Assembly: GCA_016190145.1 (NCBI GenBank)
Contig: JACPRD010000130.1
Span: 6,528 to 70,527 of the forward strand
Length of the DNA: 64,000 bases
DNA from: Planctomycetota bacterium
Lineage (GTDB): Bacteria; Planctomycetota; MHYJ01; WSZJ01
Direction of reading: 5' to 3'
A model generated the notes under the pieces. It searched no databases and was not told the DNA's origin. It saw only the letters and a list, made by a program, of their open reading frames with translations. Positions 15,829-19,810 of this stretch are shown in pieces. Each line of letters begins with the position of its first letter. Within the stretch, counting starts at the first letter, position 1. Made by a program: the position numbers and the translations under genes.

Positions 15829-15909
15829 GGGCGTGTACGGAATGGGATAACCGCGCCGGCCGTAACCCGGCAGCCTCGCGCTTAGAAGGTTCGAGTCCTT
15901 CCGCGCCCA
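15829..15909 (+). tRNA. tRNA-Tyr(GUA), class II, with C33
   Basis: Acceptor GGGCGTG/CGCGCCC; AC GCCGG-CCGTAAC-CCGGC (anticodon 15862-15864, position 33 = C); 13-nt variable arm; T GAAGG-TTCGAGT-CCTTC. Confidence 0.75.
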
Positions 15910-15947
15910 TTGATCACGAGAGACTTCCAGGAAATGCTTTGCCTCCC

Positions 15948-16066
15948 AGAGTTTGAGAGAAAACCGGGATGGGGGGCGGAGTCGGCCGGCTCGTCCAGTC
16001 CCGGCCGCATCGTGGGCCTTCCTGCCGGCCGACGGAGCATCCCAGCCCGGTTTTCTCTCAAACTCT
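15948..16066 (+). repeat. inter-tRNA extended hairpin element H6
   Basis: Perfect 21-bp basal stem AGAGTTTGAGAGAAAACCGGG / CCCGGTTTTCTCTCAAACTCT. Inner stem GTCGGCCGG/CCGGCCGAC. Ends 1 nt before tRNA-Gly(GCC). Confidence 0.8.
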
Positions 16067-16067
16067 T

Positions 16068-16139
16068 GCGGCTGTAGCTCAACGGCAGAGCGCCACGTTG
16101 CCAACGTGGATACTGCGGGTTCAAGCCCCGCCAGTCGCT
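16068..16139 (+). tRNA. tRNA-Gly(GCC)
   Basis: Acceptor GCGGCTG/CAGTCGC; D GCTC/GAGC; AC CCACG-TTGCCAA-CGTGG (anticodon 16100-16102); T GCGGG-TTCAAGC-CCCGC. Confidence 0.85.
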
Positions 16140-16145
16140 TTCTTT

Positions 16146-16219
16146 CAGGACGTAGCGGAGCCTGGTAACGCGCTTCGTTCGGGGCGAAGAGACCGGTGGT
16201 TCGAATCCACCCGTCCTGA
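16146..16219 (+). tRNA. tRNA-Pro(CGG)
   Basis: Acceptor CAGGACG/CGTCCTG (C1:G72); AC CTTCG-TTCGGGG-CGAAG (anticodon 16180-16182, G37); T GGTGG-TTCGAAT-CCACC. Confidence 0.85.
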
Positions 16220-16235
16220 TTTTCTCGGCAGACGC

Positions 16236-16308
16236 GCTTCTGTAGCCCAACGGAAGAGGCACCAAGCTCAGAACTTGGCGAGTGGAGGTTCGAATCCTCC
16301 CGGAAGCA
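16236..16308 (+). tRNA. class I (short variable arm) tRNA with Leu anticodon CAG
   Basis: Acceptor GCTTCTG/CGGAAGC; D arm TAGCCCAACGGAAGAGGC; AC CCAAG-CTCAGAA-CTTGG (anticodon 16269-16271); variable region only 5 nt (CGAGT); T GGAGG-TTCGAAT-CCTCC; A73. Confidence 0.7.
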
Positions 16309-16324
16309 TTTTGAATCTCAGAAC

Positions 16325-16395
16325 GGTCTCGTAGCTCAAAGGCAGAGCGCCGGTCTCACATACCGGTGACGGAGGTTCGAGTCCTTCCGGGACCA
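16325..16395 (+). tRNA. tRNA-Val(CAC)
   Basis: Acceptor GGTCTCG/CGGGACC; D GCTC/GAGC; AC CCGGT-CTCACAT-ACCGG (anticodon 16357-16359); T GGAGG-TTCGAGT-CCTTC. Confidence 0.85.
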
Positions 16396-16405
16396 TGGAC
16401 ACACG

Positions 16406-16477
16406 GCTCCTGTGGTCTAGCGGCCGGGCACCAGCGCGACATGCTGGGCAAGGCAGGTTCGACTCCTGCCGGGAGCA
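16406..16477 (+). tRNA. tRNA-Val(GAC) with G32 C33
   Basis: Acceptor GCTCCTG/CGGGAGC; AC CCAGC-GCGACAT-GCTGG (anticodon 16438-16440, position 33 = C); T GCAGG-TTCGACT-CCTGC. Confidence 0.7.
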
Positions 16478-16483
16478 CTTCAT

Positions 16484-16554
16484 GCCTCTCTAGTTCAATG
16501 GGAGAACCCCTGCTTCCCACGCAGGTGACGAGGGATCGATACCCTCGAGAGGCT
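16484..16554 (+). tRNA. tRNA-Gly(CCC), A54 T loop
   Basis: Acceptor GCCTCTC/GAGAGGC; D GTTC/GAAC; AC CCTGC-TTCCCAC-GCAGG (anticodon 16516-16518); T GAGGG-ATCGATA-CCCTC. Confidence 0.75.
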
Positions 16555-16558
16555 CTTG

Positions 16559-16629
16559 GCGCCTGTAGCTCAAGGGGAGAGCCCCCGCCCGATAAGCGGG
16601 AGATGCAGGTTCAAGTCCTGACTGGCGCA
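16559..16629 (+). tRNA. tRNA-Ile(GAU) with C33; two stem mismatches
   Basis: Acceptor GCGCCTG/CTGGCGC (6:67 U.U); AC CCCGC-CCGATAA-GCGGG (anticodon 16591-16593, position 33 = C); T GCAGG-TTCAAGT-CCTGA (49:65 G.A). Confidence 0.6.
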
Positions 16630-16673
16630 TTGAGACCCGGGAGGAGTTCCCGGACCGACTGCCTCGGCATCCC

Positions 16674-16775
16674 AGAGCGCGTGAACGATTCGATTGGAGG
16701 CGCGCGGCCGGGGCGAGCGACGCGAAGCGGCGCCAGGTCCGGCCCCCGCCGGAGATCGAGTCGTTCACGCGCTCT
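16674..16775 (+). repeat. inter-tRNA GC-rich extended hairpin element H7
   Basis: 15-bp basal stem AGAGCGCGTGAACGA / TCGTTCACGCGCTCT, continued by TTCGAT/ATCGAG pairing. The 3' arm overlaps the first 5 nt of tRNA-Thr (16771-16775). Confidence 0.75.
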
Positions 16776-16841
16776 TGTAGCTCAACGGTGAGCACCTGCC
16801 TCGTAAGCAGGGGGATGTGGGTTCGATTCCCACCAGGAGCT
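16771..16841 (+). tRNA. tRNA-Thr(CGU)
   Basis: Acceptor GCTCTTG/CAGGAGC; D GCTC/GAGC; AC CCTGC-CTCGTAA-GCAGG (anticodon 16802-16804); T GTGGG-TTCGATT-CCCAC. Confidence 0.85.
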
Positions 16842-16843
16842 TC

Positions 16844-16938
16844 GGAATCGCGCGCGCTTCGCAGGGGCGGCTCGCGCACGGCGGCCGGGCTTCGCCCGGC
16901 CTGGCGCGCTCGCTCGCCCCTGCTGCGCGCGCGATTTC
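16844..16938 (+). repeat. inter-tRNA GC-rich extended hairpin element H8 (same subfamily as H3)
   Basis: Basal stem GGAATCGCGCGCGC / GCGCGCGCGATTTC. Also GCAGGGGCG/CGCCCCTGC. Apical hairpin GGCCGGGC-TTC-GCCCGGCC. Starts 3 nt after tRNA-Thr. Confidence 0.8.
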
Positions 16939-16967
16939 GAAAAGGGAAAGGCGCCGGGAAGGAGAAG

Positions 16968-17040
16968 GCTCTCGTAGCCCAACGGCAGAGGCGGCGGTCT
17001 CAAGAACCGCGCGGTGCAGGTTCGAATCCTGCCGGGAGCA
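16968..17040 (+). tRNA. class I (short variable arm) tRNA with Leu anticodon CAA
   Basis: Acceptor GCTCTCG/CGGGAGC; D arm TAGCCCAACGGCAGAGGC; AC GCGGT-CTCAAGA-ACCGC (anticodon 17001-17003); 5-nt variable region (GCGGT); T GCAGG-TTCGAAT-CCTGC; A73. Confidence 0.7.
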
Positions 17041-17050
17041 TCGAAGAAAC

Positions 17051-17125
17051 GCCCTCGTAGCCCAATCTGGCAGAGGCCCATGGTTGAGGGCCATGGTGGT
17101 GATGGTTCGATTCCATCCGAGGGCA
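17051..17125 (+). tRNA. class I (short variable arm) tRNA with Leu anticodon GAG
   Basis: Acceptor GCCCTCG/CGAGGGC; D arm TAGCCCAATCTGGCAGAGGC; AC CATGG-TTGAGGG-CCATG (anticodon 17086-17088); 5-nt variable region (GTGGT); T GATGG-TTCGATT-CCATC; A73. Confidence 0.7.
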
Positions 17126-17248
17126 TCAGCCTGAGCAGTCTGAATTCGAACAAGACATCTGGCACTTCCTGAGGGGAAACCGTCGGAGAGTTCGGAAGTA
17201 GCCTGAGGTGCTCTCTGCAGGGAACGAACTATCCGCTTCGGCGAAGCC

Positions 17249-19810
17249 CTAAAGCCGCGGATCGACCGGCTCGCTTTCCAGTGCCAGGACGCCGAAAACA
17301 CATTCGTGGACGCGGCGAAGCGGCTCGTTGCGGACGAAACGCTCGAGCCCCTCGACTCCGAGGGCGAACTCCCTCATCGCAAGAGAACGCTTCGCGCCGA
17401 GGCCGCGGGAGCGGAGCCGACTCAGGTTCGCGGGGATCGAGTAGTCCGGGCCATAGATGATGCGGAGGTACTCGGGTCCGCGGCACTTGACGGCTGGTTG
17501 AGCGACTCCCCTCCGCCCCCGCGCGACGAAGTCCAGCGGCTTTACGACCATTCCCTCTCCACCGCGCGAAGTCAGTTCCTCCCACCAGCGGATCCCCGCC
17601 TGTTCGCTGGCCTCATCTGTGACATTGACCTCGATGAAACCGGTCTCGATGAGGATCTTGCTTCCCTTGCAGAATCGGGAGATGGCGCTCATGTGCCACA
17701 GGTGGTTCTTGTCGAAATACGTTTTCCCCTCGGTGGCCAGCACGTGGAACGGCGCCAGCTTGATGTCCGCCAGCGTCTTGACCGGCCAGCAGTACCCGCG
17801 ATAGGCGGTCACGTATTTCTCGGCGAGAGAAGCGCGTTCGACCGAGCGTTCCAGCAGCGAGGCGACGTCAGCTCCCCGCGCTGCTGCCGTTTTCAGTGTT
17901 TCGACCGAGTCCCTCAGCGCTGCCCCTGACGCCGCCCCGACGGCCGCGTACTGCCGCTTCACCAGCTCCTGGGCCTTCGCCGACCATGGCATCAGTTCGC
18001 AATCGAGGCAGACCCAATCCGTGTCGAATTCCTTCCAGGATTCTGAGCGGTCCAGCGCTTCCCGCAGATGCGCCAGCAGCTCTGTCTCAAACGCGAGATC
18101 TTCGAAGAAGCGGCGCCCGGTGCGAGTCACGCAGATGCCGCTTTCACTGACGATTCCGAATCTGCGACGGGCTGCGTCTTCATTGCGACAAAGCACCACG
18201 ACGACCCGTGATCCCATGTGCTTCTCTTCGCACAGCACCTGCGGAATTCCCTCGTGCCGGAAGTACGCGAAGGCCTGCGCCGGATGCTCCAGCAGACTCC
18301 CCTCCTGCGAGGTCTCCGGCGGCGACATGGTCGGCGGAAGGTAGATCAGCCACTTCGGGTTGGCTGCAAAGCGGCTCATGACCTCGAGCGCGGCGATCGC
18401 GTTCTCTTCGCGGATCGTCACGTTGTGATGGAGGCGCGTCGTCACGATCCTCTTCCCGATCACGTCCGCGAGGTCGAGCAGGTCGTCGTGGGCCTGCTGC
18501 GGGGAGAGCGCCTGAGTCTGGAATTCCGCCGGATGGAAGGGCTTCGCCGGTTTCGCGTACATGGCGCCCGCGGGGACTGAAACAAGCTCCTTCTCCGGGT
18601 AGCGAAGCGCCGTGAGCTTGCCGCCGAAAACGCAGCCGGTATCGATGTTGATCGTGTTGTTGAGCCACTCGGGCGCCGGCACGGGCGTGTGTCCGTAGAC
18701 GACCATGGACGGCCCGCGATACTCCGCGGCCCAGTTGTTGCGGACCGGCAGGCCGAATTCGTCGGTCTCCCCCGTCGTCTCGCCGTAGAGTGCGAACTCC
18801 CGCACCTTGCCGGAGCCTCGACCCTGCATGGTCTCTTTCATCCCGGCGTGCGCCACGACGAGCCCGTTGTCGTCGAGCACGTAGTGGGAGACCAGGTCGT
18901 CAATGAAGGCGGCCGTCTTCTCGCGAAATGCCGCCGGTTCGCGGTCCAGCTGCGCGAGGGATTCGGCAAGACCGTGGGTGATCTGCACGTCCTTGCCGCG
19001 GAGTTTCCGGAGCAGCTTGACGTCGTGGTTTCCCGGGACGCAAAGCGCGGTCCCGGCCTCCACCATGCCCATCACGAGCCGCAGCACGTCCGGAGTGTTC
19101 GGTCCACGATCGACGAGATCGCCCACGAAGACTGCTTTGCGATTCCCGGGCGGCTTCGCGGCAATTGTGCGCTCCCCAGTCGTCGTCACGTCGACGACAT
19201 ACCCGAGACGCTCAAGAAGCGCCTTCGTCTCGTCGAAGCAGCCGTGAATGTCCCCGATGATGTCGAACGGGCCATGATCGCTCTTCCGGTTGTTCCACAA
19301 CGGCTCTCGCTCGATGGTTGCCGCATCGATCTCTTCCGGGCTTGCCAGAACGTGGACGTGCCGGAAGCCTTCAACCTGAAGGTTCCGGAGCGATTTGCGA
19401 AGCTGCTGCGACTGCTGCCGGATGACATGTGGACCGAACGTGCGCTCACTACGCCCGCGGTTGCGGTCCTGGCACAGCCGTTCCGGAAGGTCCAGCACGA
19501 TCGCGACGGGCAGGCAATGGTAGTCCCGGGCCAGCGCGACGAGGGGTTTGCGCGCTTCGGCCTGGACGTTCGTCGCATCGATGACGGTGAGCTTGCCCGC
19601 CGCCAGGCGTTTTCCGGCGATGTAGTGCAGCACCTCAAAGGCCGCGTTCGTGGCAGCTTGATTGTTCTCGTCGTCCGACACGAGGCCGCGGCAGAAGTCT
19701 GAGGACAGGATCTCCGTCGGGAGAAAGTGCTTCCGCCCGAACGTGGACTTCCCGCTGCCCGAGGGGCCGATCAGGACAACGAGGGACAGCTCAGGTATTT
19801 TCAGTTTCAC
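17249..19810 (-). CDS. pnkp: polynucleotide kinase-phosphatase/ligase Pnkp (RNA repair)
   Basis: ORF 17249..19918 trimmed to GTG 19810, which overlaps the hen1 TGA (GTGA). Kinase P-loop GPSGSGKST. Metallophosphoesterase motifs GDIHGC, GDLVDRGP, GNHD. Nucleotidyltransferase-type Lys motif EEKHMGSR in the C-terminal ligase-like domain. 853 aa. Confidence 0.85.
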   Translation of the reverse strand: MKLKIPELSLVVLIGPSGSGKSTFGRKHFLPTEILSSDFCRGLVSDDENNQAATNAAFEVLHYIAGKRLAAGKLTVIDATNVQAEARKPLVALARDYHCLPVAIVLDLPERLCQDRNRGRSERTFGPHVIRQQSQQLRKSLRNLQVEGFRHVHVLASPEEIDAATIEREPLWNNRKSDHGPFDIIGDIHGCFDETKALLERLGYVVDVTTTGERTIAAKPPGNRKAVFVGDLVDRGPNTPDVLRLVMGMVEAGTALCVPGNHDVKLLRKLRGKDVQITHGLAESLAQLDREPAAFREKTAAFIDDLVSHYVLDDNGLVVAHAGMKETMQGRGSGKVREFALYGETTGETDEFGLPVRNNWAAEYRGPSMVVYGHTPVPAPEWLNNTINIDTGCVFGGKLTALRYPEKELVSVPAGAMYAKPAKPFHPAEFQTQALSPQQAHDDLLDLADVIGKRIVTTRLHHNVTIREENAIAALEVMSRFAANPKWLIYLPPTMSPPETSQEGSLLEHPAQAFAYFRHEGIPQVLCEEKHMGSRVVVVLCRNEDAARRRFGIVSESGICVTRTGRRFFEDLAFETELLAHLREALDRSESWKEFDTDWVCLDCELMPWSAKAQELVKRQYAAVGAASGAALRDSVETLKTAAARGADVASLLERSVERASLAEKYVTAYRGYCWPVKTLADIKLAPFHVLATEGKTYFDKNHLWHMSAISRFCKGSKILIETGFIEVNVTDEASEQAGIRWWEELTSRGGEGMVVKPLDFVARGRRGVAQPAVKCRGPEYLRIIYGPDYSIPANLSRLRSRGLGAKRSLAMREFALGVEGLERFVRNEPLRRVHECVFGVLALESEPVDPRL

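Noticed and set aside
17126-17248. Additional tRNA or terminator between the last tRNA and the pnkp stop
   Set aside because: No cloverleaf could be folded. There is only a weak 5-bp hairpin (GCTTC-GGC-GAAGC near 17237) without a U tract, plus three CCTGAG direct repeats of unclear meaning.
13103-17585. Many 60-300 aa ORFs in the six-frame track across the tRNA region (for example 13823..14707, 15532..16104, 16765..17301, 14790..15272)
   Set aside because: They run straight through well-formed tRNA cloverleaves and hairpins. They are Arg/Gly/Pro-rich, which is typical of random frames in GC-rich DNA. They show no start context or coding periodicity.
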